From: Spirochaetia bacterium
GTDB taxonomy: Bacteria > Spirochaetota > Spirochaetia > UBA9216
Length of the DNA stretch: 64,000 bases
Assembly (NCBI GenBank): GCA_963675665.1
Contig: OY776510.1
Location: 384,001 to 448,000 of the forward strand
Direction of reading: 5' to 3'
The translations under genes and the position numbers were made by a program. The notes under the pieces were generated by a model. That model saw only the letters and a program-made list of their open reading frames with translations. It had not been told where the DNA came from and searched no databases. Of this stretch, positions 40,449-50,510 are shown piece after piece (position 1 is the stretch's first letter; every line of letters begins with the position of its first letter).

Positions 40449-41321
40449 TTAGGCTTTTTCTTCAACAGTAACACCCATCAAACCGCTGGGTTTAATCAGT
40501 AAGATAGCTATCAGAAGGGCAAAGGTGATCAAGTCTCTAAGTCCCGAGTTTAAATACCCCGAAACCATTGTTTCCGTGATCCCTATTACAATAGCGCCCA
40601 CAATAGCTCCCCTGACACTTCCAAGCCCTCCGAATACTGAAGCTATGAATGCCTTTAATCCGATATTTCCCATAGTCGGATATACATTGTACTTCAATCC
40701 AAGAAGCACTCCCGCAACTCCGGCCAGCGCGCCGGCGATAGCAAACACCAGTGCGAACATTTTATTGATATTAATTCCCAGAAGTCCCGCAGTAGAGCTG
40801 TTTGAAGCAATTGCCCTGATACCGAGTCCTACTTTGGTCTTTGTGATAATGACTTCAAGTATTATCAGCGCTACAGCGGCTACAATCAAAGTTAATAAAT
40901 CCAGTACGCCGACATGGACATTTCCGATAGGTATCGAGGATACGGGAAGAACCGGCGGATATTTTTGAAATTTGGCGCCGAATACAAGCATTGACCCGTT
41001 CTGAAAAACAATTGAAAGCCCCATTGCAGCTATCATCAAAAACATTGTCGGAGATTTGTTTTCCCGAATACGGCGATATGCCAGTCTCTCGTTAAGAAAA
41101 CTAATAAGCCCTGCACCCAGAATACCTATAACGGCTGCGGCTACAAACGGCAGCTGCAGGGATGCTACGAATATCAAAGCTACATATGCGCCCAGCATCG
41201 CGACCTCACCATGAGCCCAGTTTGAAAAGCCCAGAAGACTGTAGATAAGGGCATAACCGGAAGCAATCAGTGCATATACGCCGCCGACCGAAATTCCGTT
41301 TACCAGTTGCTGTAGAAACAT
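40449..41321 (-). CDS. livH: Branched-chain amino acid-type ABC permease
   Basis: QQLVNGI..G.VYALIA, NWAHGE, KAFIASVFGGLG. Confidence 0.9.
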   Translation of the reverse strand: MFLQQLVNGISVGGVYALIASGYALIYSLLGFSNWAHGEVAMLGAYVALIFVASLQLPFVAAAVIGILGAGLISFLNERLAYRRIRENKSPTMFLMIAAMGLSIVFQNGSMLVFGAKFQKYPPVLPVSSIPIGNVHVGVLDLLTLIVAAVALIILEVIITKTKVGLGIRAIASNSSTAGLLGININKMFALVFAIAGALAGVAGVLLGLKYNVYPTMGNIGLKAFIASVFGGLGSVRGAIVGAIVIGITETMVSGYLNSGLRDLITFALLIAILLIKPSGLMGVTVEEKA

Positions 41322-41347
41322 ATATCTTACCTCTCGTTAATTACAAG

Positions 41348-41381
41348 ACAAGAGAGAGGAAGAGGTCCTCCCCTCTCTTGT
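41348..41381 (-). terminator. Stem-loop after binding-protein gene
   Basis: ACAAGAGAG...CTCTCTTGT inverted repeat between livK-like and livH. Confidence 0.5.
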
Positions 41382-41423
41382 TTGTTTTATTTCAATAAAA
41401 TCTTTAAATCGATCAATAATGAT

Positions 41424-42578
41424 CTACTGGTACATCTCTACGAGTACTTCTTTTGCACCTTCAATTGTGAAGATTGCAAGCTCTCTCTGCGGGTTATGTG
41501 TTGCGGGATCTATAGACATATCACCCAGTAATCCGCTGAAATAAGTAGTATTTTCGAGACCTTCCCTGATAGCTTCAGAATCAGCAGAACCTGCTTCTTC
41601 TATTACCTGGGCCAGCCAGAGCACACCGTCGTTTCCGTAAAGACATTCTGCTTCAAGAGCTATATTGTATTCTTCCTGGTATTCAGCTCCGTACCGCATT
41701 GCTTCGGGAGTATTGAACCCGGGTCTTGAACAGAAAAGAGCACCTTCGAGCGCGCCTTCGGCCAGTGTAGGAAGTTCCATCGAATCCCAGCCGTCAAAAC
41801 CGACAAACTGACATGTAAGACCCAGTTCTCTTGCCTGCTTGCTGATAAGAGCAACATCGTTATAGATCCACGGAATAAAAAGGATTTCAGGATTGGCTTT
41901 TTTAATCTTTGAAAGTTGTGCCCTGAAGTCATTATCACCTGTATTGGCTTCTTCAGCTGCTACTATTTTCCCTCCGCCTGCTTCGAAAGCATCAATAGTG
42001 AACTCAGTAAGGCCCGAAGAGTATGAATCGCCTATATTTGTTAATATAGCTGCTGTTTTTACCCCTTTATTCAACATGTACTGTGCCATCTTTGCACCCT
42101 GAAATGAATCAATAAAGCAAAGGCGGAAAGAGTACGGGTGGAGTTTTCCGTTTTCATCTACAGTTACCAGATCGTTAGAAGCTGCGGTAGCAATTACCGG
42201 AACCTTTTTAACATCTGCAACAGCGGCAATAGGAATATTACAGCTGGAGAAGTTTGTTCCGACAACAGCGGCTACTTTGTATTCGTCAACAAGCTTGTTA
42301 TAAGCGTTAACTGAATCCTGAGGATCTCCGCGGCCGTCAAGACCTATTACTTCAATCTGTTTGCCCAATACGCCGCCGGCCTCATTGACTTTTTTGGCAG
42401 TCATAAGCATACCGTTAAGGCCGGCCTGACCCCAAAGCGCTGTGTCGCCGGAGAGAGCGGAGACGTAACCTATTTTTATGGTATCACCATCCGCTGAACT
42501 CTGATCCTCGCCCTGGCCGCCTGCAAAGACGACAGAAGCAATGCTTAATACAAGCAAGATCATCACAAGTTTCTTCAT
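41424..42578 (-). CDS. Amino-acid (LivJ/K-type) ABC substrate-binding protein
   Basis: Signal VFAGGQGE; IKIGYVSALSG, NEAGGVLGK, FRLCFIDSFQG, DFRAQLSKIK. Confidence 0.9.
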   Translation of the reverse strand: MKKLVMILLVLSIASVVFAGGQGEDQSSADGDTIKIGYVSALSGDTALWGQAGLNGMLMTAKKVNEAGGVLGKQIEVIGLDGRGDPQDSVNAYNKLVDEYKVAAVVGTNFSSCNIPIAAVADVKKVPVIATAASNDLVTVDENGKLHPYSFRLCFIDSFQGAKMAQYMLNKGVKTAAILTNIGDSYSSGLTEFTIDAFEAGGGKIVAAEEANTGDNDFRAQLSKIKKANPEILFIPWIYNDVALISKQARELGLTCQFVGFDGWDSMELPTLAEGALEGALFCSRPGFNTPEAMRYGAEYQEEYNIALEAECLYGNDGVLWLAQVIEEAGSADSEAIREGLENTTYFSGLLGDMSIDPATHNPQRELAIFTIEGAKEVLVEMYQ

Positions 42579-42669
42579 CTAATTTCCTCCTCATTAGTGA
42601 GAATCATGTTTTTCATGATTTCTCCTTCTGATTTTATTTGAAGTGATTTTCATCACTTATTAACTGATA

Positions 42670-43614
42670 TCAAATTCCCCGGGTTATTTTCTTTTCAAGT
42701 TCCCTTGCGATTGAACTGTCAATTACAAGAATATCAATGCTTCCGGTCTTTAGTGCCCCATATACTGCATCTGCTTTCCATTCTCCGCCGGCAATTGCTA
42801 TTACCGTGGGGATCTTTTTCAGCATGGACATATCGACTCCCATTACCCGGTTTTGCAGCTGAACTGTCCCGAAATCACCATCCGCCTTAAAATGGTTGAA
42901 GCAGATATCTCCGACATAACCTGAATCAAGAAGCATCCTGAAATCATCGTGACTCAGATAACCCTCAGAAACTATTGTTGATTCTTCTGTCAGCTCTCCA
43001 ACACCCATAATGGCAATATTACATTCATTCATCCGTTCAAAAGCCTGTTTATAAAAGTCTTCTTTTGCAACTTCTTTTACCAGTTTGCTGTTCATTGTTG
43101 CCGGGGCATACAGCATACTGAAATCACAGCCCAGTTTTGAAGCAAGCATTCTTGTAATTTCATCCGGCTTAATTGAATGATTTGTCGTATTAATCCCGCC
43201 TACCAGCTGGACAACAGTACTTTTTGTTTTTCTGGAAGGTCTCAGACACTGTATGGTTTCTCCCAGGGTTATTCCCCATGAAACCCCTATGGTATCTCCG
43301 TCATGAATAAATTCATCCAGAAACTCAGCCGCTTTTCGGCCGAGAACAGTCAATATCGGAAGATCGCTTCCGTCCGTATCTGCAATAACTACCTGCTTTA
43401 AAGAGAACTTCTGTTCAATCAGGTTCTCCAGTTCAACATGTTCATTTTCAATTCCGTTTATCGTAATACTTACAACACCTTCTTCGATCAACGAATTTAC
43501 AAGCTTGTTCACATGCTGACGTGATATCCGCAACTTGTTGGCAATCTGCTCTTGCGTCATATTCGCCTGGTAATACATATAAGCAATTTTTATTAAAGTA
43601 CTTTTATCTGCCAT
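42670..43614 (-). CDS. SorC/DeoR (LsrR-like) sugar-binding transcriptional regulator
   Basis: IAYMYYQANMTQEQIANKLRISR, GVSWGITL, VGDI, IAIAGG..K. Confidence 0.92.
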   Translation of the reverse strand: MADKSTLIKIAYMYYQANMTQEQIANKLRISRQHVNKLVNSLIEEGVVSITINGIENEHVELENLIEQKFSLKQVVIADTDGSDLPILTVLGRKAAEFLDEFIHDGDTIGVSWGITLGETIQCLRPSRKTKSTVVQLVGGINTTNHSIKPDEITRMLASKLGCDFSMLYAPATMNSKLVKEVAKEDFYKQAFERMNECNIAIMGVGELTEESTIVSEGYLSHDDFRMLLDSGYVGDICFNHFKADGDFGTVQLQNRVMGVDMSMLKKIPTVIAIAGGEWKADAVYGALKTGSIDILVIDSSIARELEKKITRGI

Positions 43615-43642
43615 ATTTTTATTCCGTCTTCCAAAACCTTAT

Positions 43643-43717
43643 TGACTTTTGTCGTCACACCTTACATAAGTCGTCTTTATTGTTTTGAATGATACATTAG
43701 AAATTTCAATCTGTCAA
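43643..43717 (-). promoter_or_regulatory. Promoter and putative SorC operator
   Basis: TTGACA-17bp-TATCAT (43717-43689); downstream paired boxes TGACTTTTGTCG and TTACATAAGTCG. Confidence 0.55.
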
Positions 43718-43854
43718 ATAAATTCAAATCAAAATATAGCAAATCCTTAATAAAGCTTGATTCCGGAGTTATTACAGGTTTTCATCAGACAAATCCGTAA
43801 TAACCATCAAAAAATCGGCTTGCCCAATTTTGTTATCTGTTGCAGAATCATTTT

Positions 43855-45198
43855 ATGGCTAAAGAAAAAATCTTCTTTGAATGCAGCTCATGCGGTCATA
43901 CCGAACCCAAATGGCTTGGTAAATGTCCCGGCTGCGGCACATGGAACAGCTTTATAGAGATAAAACCGGCCAAAAGCGCTCTAACCGGTTCAAAATCCGC
44001 CAAATCAGCTAAAAGTGGTACCGGCCCGGGGCACATCAACCGCCCCGTTAAACTGGGCAGCATAACCTCCGGCAGCGGTTCAAGATTTGCTGCCGGACAG
44101 TCGGAAATTGACCGCGTGCTCGGCGGCGGTGTTATGAGGGGCGCATCCGTGCTTGTCGGAGGAGAACCCGGAATAGGGAAATCAACGCTGATGCTGCAGC
44201 TTTGCAGCACAATCAAAGCGGAAGGCCCGGTCCTCTACATCTCCGGCGAAGAATCTGCGGCCCAGCTTAAAATGCGCGCCGATAGGCTCGGCATTAAACG
44301 CGAAATCGATGTGCTCTGCGAAACCGAACTTACATCAATATTGAAACAGATTGATTATCTTAAACCGGTCCTGATTATTACCGATTCCGTACAAACCCTG
44401 TACAATACAGAACTGGGTATGGTTTCAGGTACCGTAAACCAGATTAAATTCTGTTCTTCGGAACTTATCGACCGGGCCAAACTATACAATTGCCCGCTCT
44501 TTCTGGTAGCCCATGTCACAAAGGAAGGAAATATAGCCGGGCCCAAGGTTCTTGAACACATGGTAGACACCGTACTTTACTTCGAACACGGAGCTTCCGA
44601 CGTAAGACTGCTACGGGCAAACAAGAACAGGTTCGGTTCAATCGATGAAATAGGCCTCTTCAGAATGACGGAAAAGGGCCTGAGCCAGGTTGACGAACCG
44701 GCGTCGCTGTTTCTTGTAAAACGAAAGGGAGAACAACCTGCAGGCACCTGCACTGCGGCCGTTTATGAAGGATCACGCGTATTGATGATGGAGATTCAGG
44801 CGCTAACCGTTCCTGCAAAAGGCGGCTTGTCGCGGGTATTCAGCGAAAAAATCGATCAGCGGCGGGTATCCAGGGTTGCGGCTGTTCTGGAAAAAAACCT
44901 GTCTCTCCGCTTCAGCGATCAGGACATATACGTTAATGTCGCCGGAGGAATCAGGATTGACGAGGTCGGAACCGATCTGCCGCTGGCGCTTGCGCTTTAT
45001 TCGGCGCGAACAGGTCTCAAGGTGCCGGCAGGGACAGCCTGCTCCGGAGAGATCAGCCTGGCCGGTGAAATTATGCCTGTGGCCCATCTTGACCGTCGCG
45101 CAAAAACATCGGCCGATATGGGTTTTAAAAATTTCGTCAGCCCTGAAAACACTTCAGTACTGAAAGACAGCATAAAGATAATCTTCAGCCGGCAATAA
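43855..45198 (+). CDS. radA: DNA repair protein RadA/Sms
   Basis: CSSCG..KWLGKCPGC zinc finger, GEPGIGKSTL, KNRFG, Lon-like C-terminus. Confidence 0.96.
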   Translation: MAKEKIFFECSSCGHTEPKWLGKCPGCGTWNSFIEIKPAKSALTGSKSAKSAKSGTGPGHINRPVKLGSITSGSGSRFAAGQSEIDRVLGGGVMRGASVLVGGEPGIGKSTLMLQLCSTIKAEGPVLYISGEESAAQLKMRADRLGIKREIDVLCETELTSILKQIDYLKPVLIITDSVQTLYNTELGMVSGTVNQIKFCSSELIDRAKLYNCPLFLVAHVTKEGNIAGPKVLEHMVDTVLYFEHGASDVRLLRANKNRFGSIDEIGLFRMTEKGLSQVDEPASLFLVKRKGEQPAGTCTAAVYEGSRVLMMEIQALTVPAKGGLSRVFSEKIDQRRVSRVAAVLEKNLSLRFSDQDIYVNVAGGIRIDEVGTDLPLALALYSARTGLKVPAGTACSGEISLAGEIMPVAHLDRRAKTSADMGFKNFVSPENTSVLKDSIKIIFSRQ

Positions 45199-46378
45199 GG
45201 GCGGTAAGATACGGAAGCGCCACAAAGGTTCCGATACTGCTGCCTATGCTTGAAAAAAGAAAAACCAACAGGACTTTCGTCAGCCTGTTCCGGTAAAACC
45301 CGCGAAAACTTGTTATATCGGTATTAAGGTTTTCCAGGTCTTCCACCCGGGGTTTTCTCACCCAGGACTGAATCAGGCCGGTGACAATTCCGACGCCTAT
45401 AGTCGGGTTCATTGACGTAAACGGTGCCGCTGCAAATGATATTATAACGGTAAGCGGATGGGCCAGCGCAATAATAGCGCCGATTGCGGCAAGGGTTCCA
45501 TTTGCAAGAATCCATACTAGCAGCATTTCAACACCTTCTCGTGCTCCATTACGGATAAAACCCGAGGCAATCAGAGCAACAACTGCTACAGTAATTAACC
45601 ACGGAAGCTTTCCTACCCATTTGCTGCCCTTTGGAACCACGGATACATCTTCAAGGTTGGCGGTTTTCTCTTCTTTATCAAGAGCTTCCAGCCACATTAC
45701 TATTCCGTTCATATGCCCCGCCCCTACTACGGCAACTACCTTATCTTCTTTCTCCAGAAAAATATTTGTTGCAAGGTACTGATCACGTTCGTCTATAAAT
45801 ACTTCCTTAACCGCCGGAAGGTAATCGGCAAGTTCGTCCATCATTGTCTGCAGGGCTGATTTCTGCTTCAGGCTTTCAAGCTCTTCCTCGGAAAGCTTTT
45901 CATTTGTAAAGGCAGATCCTATCAGGGCCCCAAGCATTTTCATCTTCTGAAAAAAGCCCGATTTTGACCAGGCGCGCCGAAGCGTAGTCTGGATATCGCG
46001 GTCGGAATAAGAATAAGGAATACCAAGTTCGTCACACACATCGGCAGCAATCATCATCTCCTGCCCCTGGGTGGTACCTACATCCATACCCAGGCGCCTC
46101 TGATAGGCCGACAACACCAGGCTTGCAATCATCAGAAACGCCTGGCCGTTTTTCAGAACTTGTCCTATATTCAGTTTGCTCCAGTCCTGCCCCTCGCGCA
46201 TCTGCTTAAAACGGCCGGCATCGATTTCAATACAGACCCTGCCGGGCTGTTCTGTACGTATAATGCTTTCAACCTGGTCTACACTCTCTTTGGAAATATG
46301 TGCCGTTCCAACCAGAATAATCTCACGGCCGTTCAATTTTATTCGGCGTACCGTATCGTTTTCCGTTTTCTCATTCAT
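45185..46378 (-). CDS. TraB/GumN family protein
   Basis: LVGTAHIS, DRDIQTTLRR, IDERD, AVVGAGH; C-terminal TM region. Confidence 0.9.
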   Translation of the reverse strand: MNEKTENDTVRRIKLNGREIILVGTAHISKESVDQVESIIRTEQPGRVCIEIDAGRFKQMREGQDWSKLNIGQVLKNGQAFLMIASLVLSAYQRRLGMDVGTTQGQEMMIAADVCDELGIPYSYSDRDIQTTLRRAWSKSGFFQKMKMLGALIGSAFTNEKLSEEELESLKQKSALQTMMDELADYLPAVKEVFIDERDQYLATNIFLEKEDKVVAVVGAGHMNGIVMWLEALDKEEKTANLEDVSVVPKGSKWVGKLPWLITVAVVALIASGFIRNGAREGVEMLLVWILANGTLAAIGAIIALAHPLTVIISFAAAPFTSMNPTIGVGIVTGLIQSWVRKPRVEDLENLNTDITSFRGFYRNRLTKVLLVFLFSSIGSSIGTFVALPYLTALIAG

Positions 46379-47777
46379 AATGATTCTCCAACTCGTAATC
46401 AGCCATCCTGCTCTCATAATAACCGAGATTACCGGCATCCCGTACCGTCACCAGGTAGGAATAAGCAGCTGTTTCCATTCCATTTTCGTGATAAAGCTCT
46501 GCTATATAAAAAAGAAGTCTTTTTTGGAGATTTTTATCTTCCTCTTCCTGAATCTTCCTCAGAGCATATGCATCATAGCCGCTTTCCCTGAAAGAACGGA
46601 TAATATGATAATATATGTTTCCGGACGGGATTTTATCCATCGCCGCGGCGTAATATTCCTGGGTTTCTTTCCATTCAGCCTTCTGTTTCATCATGGCCAG
46701 GGCCGCAGTAACAAGATATCCGTATTCCTGCGGTTCATATTCAAAGGCTGATTCAAATGAAGCTTTGCAGCCTTCCCAGTTGCCAAGCATAAACTGTACT
46801 GTTCCGAGCGCCGAATAGGCAAAATAATAATCCGGCTTCTGGTCAATTACCAGTTTGTAATCTTCAGCCGCAAGTTCATATTCATCCATTTCATCATAAA
46901 TCCCGGCCCTGAACACGTAGGGATAGAAAACAGCCGGGTTTATTTCTATCGCCCGGTTAAAATCCTCAAGGGCGCCGCTGCGATCTCCCAGATCGCGGAT
47001 TCGCAAGCGTCCCCTGTCCAGATAATGCCAGAAGTAATCGGGTTCAAGCCTGATAGCTTCGCTCATATCGCTTTCTGCTCCCTGAAAGTCGCCGATAGCC
47101 GCCCTTGCGCTGCTGCGGTCCAGGTATGTAAAAGGGTTTTCCGGATCAAGTTCAACAGCCCTGTTCAGATGCCCTTCAGCTTCCTGATATTTTTCTTCTC
47201 TAATCAGCGCGCTGCCTAAACCGGTAAGCGCAATAATGTTGTCCGGGTCAGATTCCAGCGCCCGCTTAAACATTTCAGAGGACTTTTTTAACTCTGATTC
47301 GGAAAGATAAATGCTGCCGAGAACCGACAAGGCCTGAGAATGCCCGGGGTCAACGGCTATTGCCTTTTCAAGCATTTCGAATTCGGCTTCTTCGTCTCCT
47401 GCCAGCCCTTCCACCAGGGCAAGATTAAAATAAGCGTCCGCATTCATCGGTTCCCGTTCAATCAGCGCACGAAGCTCGTCCCCGGCCTTTTTATAATCAC
47501 CGGAAGCCATAAGCAGTCCGGCATAGGCTATTACGGTTTCCGAACTGTCGTTTTTTACTTTCGCAAACTCTTTGACTGCCGAGTCCGTATCGCCCGAGTT
47601 TATCATTTTCTCAATATTTTCATATGTTTCAGCTTCTTTTTGGGGTCTTTTAACGGTTGAAGCCGGTTTTTCCGGCGATGCAGTTTCTGGGCTTTTCTCC
47701 ACAGTTGTGCATGAGGAAATCATACTGAATAGCAGGATTAAAACTGCCGGGACTGCTGCTGCGGTTTTAAGCTTCAT
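46371..47777 (-). CDS. Tetratricopeptide-repeat lipoprotein
   Basis: ISSC lipobox; repeated A..xxP..AY helical motifs; start ATG 47777. Confidence 0.85.
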   Translation of the reverse strand: MKLKTAAAVPAVLILLFSMISSCTTVEKSPETASPEKPASTVKRPQKEAETYENIEKMINSGDTDSAVKEFAKVKNDSSETVIAYAGLLMASGDYKKAGDELRALIEREPMNADAYFNLALVEGLAGDEEAEFEMLEKAIAVDPGHSQALSVLGSIYLSESELKKSSEMFKRALESDPDNIIALTGLGSALIREEKYQEAEGHLNRAVELDPENPFTYLDRSSARAAIGDFQGAESDMSEAIRLEPDYFWHYLDRGRLRIRDLGDRSGALEDFNRAIEINPAVFYPYVFRAGIYDEMDEYELAAEDYKLVIDQKPDYYFAYSALGTVQFMLGNWEGCKASFESAFEYEPQEYGYLVTAALAMMKQKAEWKETQEYYAAAMDKIPSGNIYYHIIRSFRESGYDAYALRKIQEEEDKNLQKRLLFYIAELYHENGMETAAYSYLVTVRDAGNLGYYESRMADYELENHYE

Positions 47778-47820
47778 ACTACCCCCTGAAACTATAAATA
47801 TATATGAATTCGAACTATTG

Positions 47821-48999
47821 TTAAAGCCTTGGCGCTGCCTGAGGCCTGACCGTCCCAACATCTGTTTTAAGCAGATACGCAAGCACCAACGTACCCAGTA
47901 AAAGCGGAACCGTAAAAACATAAAGGGCCTGCCGGTAACCGAAAGCATCAATCACCATGCCGAACAAAGCCGGACTCAGGGCTGACGTTACCGTAATAAC
48001 GCCCATCAGGATCCCGAAGATTTCTCCCTTGCCGAAACCCGAGCTCAGCCTTGAGATAAGCAGGTTCTGATTAATGACACATCCTGAGCTGAAAGCGCCG
48101 AAAAGAGTTATTACAATAATATAAACCCAGATGGGAAGGGTCCCGGACAGAATAAGCATTGTAACACCTGTGAATATTGTTCCGATCATGATAATTGCAT
48201 AAGAATTATATTTTTCAGACAGTTTTCCGGCAATTATCGAACCGGTTATTCCCCCGCCGAAGAAAAAAGCAGTTGCATATGATGCAGATCCTTCTTCCAT
48301 ACCGAAGAAATGAACAAAAATGGTCGGCAGAAAACTCAGCAGTGCAGAAACAGCAACAATACGAAGTATTACGGTAATCAGAAAAATCACAAGCCTTTTC
48401 AGATCGCGCGGTTCTTTCTGCGGGATTGATTCAGAAGACTGTCCCTGCCGCTTTTTTTGTCCCGGAGCGTTTCCAATTGTATCGGTTAACAGGTATACCG
48501 TACCCATTATAACCGCAGGCACAGCAGTTACCATAAGAACACCCCGGATCCCGATGCGACTGATAAGATAACCGTTTATCAAAAACATCAGCAGAATGGC
48601 TGATGTGCCGCAACATTCGTAGTACCCCATAATACTGCTTTTATTATCGGTGTAGGTTTCATCTATAACTGCATACATCACCGGATGAAACGTACTCATC
48701 CCTATGGCCGTGATCGAAATTAAAAGAATAAACACAGACAGATTGGGGGCAAAACCCGACGCTATTAATCCTGCGGCGGCCAGATAAAAACCGTAGCTTA
48801 GAATTTTTTTTCTTGTTATCCTGTCGGATATTTTTCCCAAAGTAATCGATCCGACAGCTGTAAAAAGAAGATAAACCGTAAGGATGCCTCCGGCTTCCGA
48901 ATAATTTAGCTGATACCGTGTAAGCAGTGAAGGCAGTACAAGCGGCAGAATAAACCAGAACAGGTCATTGGCACTATGCCCGAGAAGTTTCAATTTCAT
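47821..48999 (-). CDS. MFS transporter (Fsr-like)
   Basis: GHSANDL, GKISDRITRK motif A, STFHP; about 12 TM segments. Confidence 0.85.
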   Translation of the reverse strand: MKLKLLGHSANDLFWFILPLVLPSLLTRYQLNYSEAGGILTVYLLFTAVGSITLGKISDRITRKKILSYGFYLAAAGLIASGFAPNLSVFILLISITAIGMSTFHPVMYAVIDETYTDNKSSIMGYYECCGTSAILLMFLINGYLISRIGIRGVLMVTAVPAVIMGTVYLLTDTIGNAPGQKKRQGQSSESIPQKEPRDLKRLVIFLITVILRIVAVSALLSFLPTIFVHFFGMEEGSASYATAFFFGGGITGSIIAGKLSEKYNSYAIIMIGTIFTGVTMLILSGTLPIWVYIIVITLFGAFSSGCVINQNLLISRLSSGFGKGEIFGILMGVITVTSALSPALFGMVIDAFGYRQALYVFTVPLLLGTLVLAYLLKTDVGTVRPQAAPRL

Positions 49000-49016
49000 T
49001 GTTCTGTTATATTCTT

Positions 49017-50510
49017 TTAAAGAATGAGCATCAAGACTGCAAAGCTGAGAAAAAGCAGGCCGGTAAGAATTTTGATTATCCCCAGGTTGGTTTGAAATAT
49101 TCCGGTAATCTTTTTGGATGTAATCCCCAGATATACGACAATGAAGACTACAGCCAGAGGAATAATAAATGCAAGATTATACAATGCAAGGTAAAAATAA
49201 CCCGAAGCAGCTTTATCAGTCTGAATAATATAAGTAATAGTCGGAAAGTAGATCTGCCCTGTACAACCCAGTTCAAATATCGATATCAGAAAGCCCATAA
49301 CAATTGAACTTCCGGCAAGAGCCGCTGATTTCGTATAGGACCTTATAGAATCATGCATCCGCCGTTTTACAGAATCCGGAAGCTGTAAAATTATATCTTT
49401 TGTCTTTCCAGAGCGAATTTTCCCGTAATCATAAAAACTCAACCCCGCAAAGACAACAAGAACAGCAAAAAGAACCCACCTTATTATCCGGCTTACCAGC
49501 TCAAACGAATCGGCAATTCTTATAATTTTGAAAAATCCCAGCCCTATCAGATAATAGGTTATAAATACCGTTACCGTAAAAAACAGTCCGATAATCAGTG
49601 TCTCGCGCCGGCTTCTTCCGGCAACACTCAGCGCGCTTAATAAAAATATCAAGGTCGTAAAAGCACAGGGGTTTACTCCGTCCAGCAATCCGGCGGCAAG
49701 AACCGCAGCCAGAGACATGCTTATTCCATCAGATTTATTTCCCTTGCTTTCATTTTCTCCGGACGCGCCTGTATCCCGGCCGGAGTCGCCGGCCAGCAGC
49801 GCGGTATAACCTGCCATGACGGCTTCTTCACCCTGATAAATATCCTCTGTCGTAACAAAAACCGGGATCTCTTTTAACGATGTTCCGCGGTCGGCAAACA
49901 GCTGCTGCAGTTCTTCATAATACTCAGCTTCTGTTATATCCCGCTTGTCAATATTAATTTCGGCATCACGGAGAAACCGGTTGCAGCTCTTGCAGCCCGG
50001 GGTATAGTAATAACGGGGAATCTCTGTTGTCCCTTCCCCGGACATAATACCCGCGGAAGATTCCGGTTCAGCCGGCATTGTCGAATCATCCGCTGCATCT
50101 GCAGATACCGACGAAACATCCACACTGCCTGTAACTACAAAAAAGCCCTTGGGCATTGCATCTGAATTGGTCTGAATTATAAGCAGTTTTTCGAAGTCGC
50201 CGGAATCGTCATGGCTGTCAAAAACAATTGTAAATTCCGCCGATTCTCCGGCGGATATATCAAGGCTTTCAGGATAAGTTGTCATACAGCTGCAGGTACT
50301 GATTAAATCAACTGTAACATTTTCCGTAGTGTTGTTGGTAATTTTAACCGGCTGTTCAACAACATCCCCGTACTCAATCGAGCCTGTATTCCAGTCGGTT
50401 ATGCTGAATTCGAGATTGCCGCCGTCATCCTGGGCTGCAGCCGAAAATAAAACCAGAAAGGAAAAAGCAAGAGTTATAAATAATCTGTTCAGTCTGTTAA
50501 TTTTTTCCAT
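49017..50510 (-). CDS. DUF1573 Ig-like + CxxC glutaredoxin-like + CcdA/DsbD-type membrane domain fusion
   Basis: Signal peptide; STCSCMT; PGCKSC; LLDGVNPCAF and FELGCTG membrane Cys pair. Confidence 0.75.
   Translation of the reverse strand: MEKINRLNRLFITLAFSFLVLFSAAAQDDGGNLEFSITDWNTGSIEYGDVVEQPVKITNNTTENVTVDLISTCSCMTTYPESLDISAGESAEFTIVFDSHDDSGDFEKLLIIQTNSDAMPKGFFVVTGSVDVSSVSADAADDSTMPAEPESSAGIMSGEGTTEIPRYYYTPGCKSCNRFLRDAEINIDKRDITEAEYYEELQQLFADRGTSLKEIPVFVTTEDIYQGEEAVMAGYTALLAGDSGRDTGASGENESKGNKSDGISMSLAAVLAAGLLDGVNPCAFTTLIFLLSALSVAGRSRRETLIIGLFFTVTVFITYYLIGLGFFKIIRIADSFELVSRIIRWVLFAVLVVFAGLSFYDYGKIRSGKTKDIILQLPDSVKRRMHDSIRSYTKSAALAGSSIVMGFLISIFELGCTGQIYFPTITYIIQTDKAASGYFYLALYNLAFIIPLAVVFIVVYLGITSKKITGIFQTNLGIIKILTGLLFLSFAVLMLIL

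Noticed and set aside
36565-43614. Lsr (AI-2) quorum-sensing operon
   Set aside because: SorC regulator and FGGY kinase are present, but the transporter is Liv-type and lsrF/lsrG are absent.
45185-46378. Conjugation gene (traB)
   Set aside because: TraB/GumN is a widespread chromosomal metalloprotease-like family; no T4SS or relaxase nearby.
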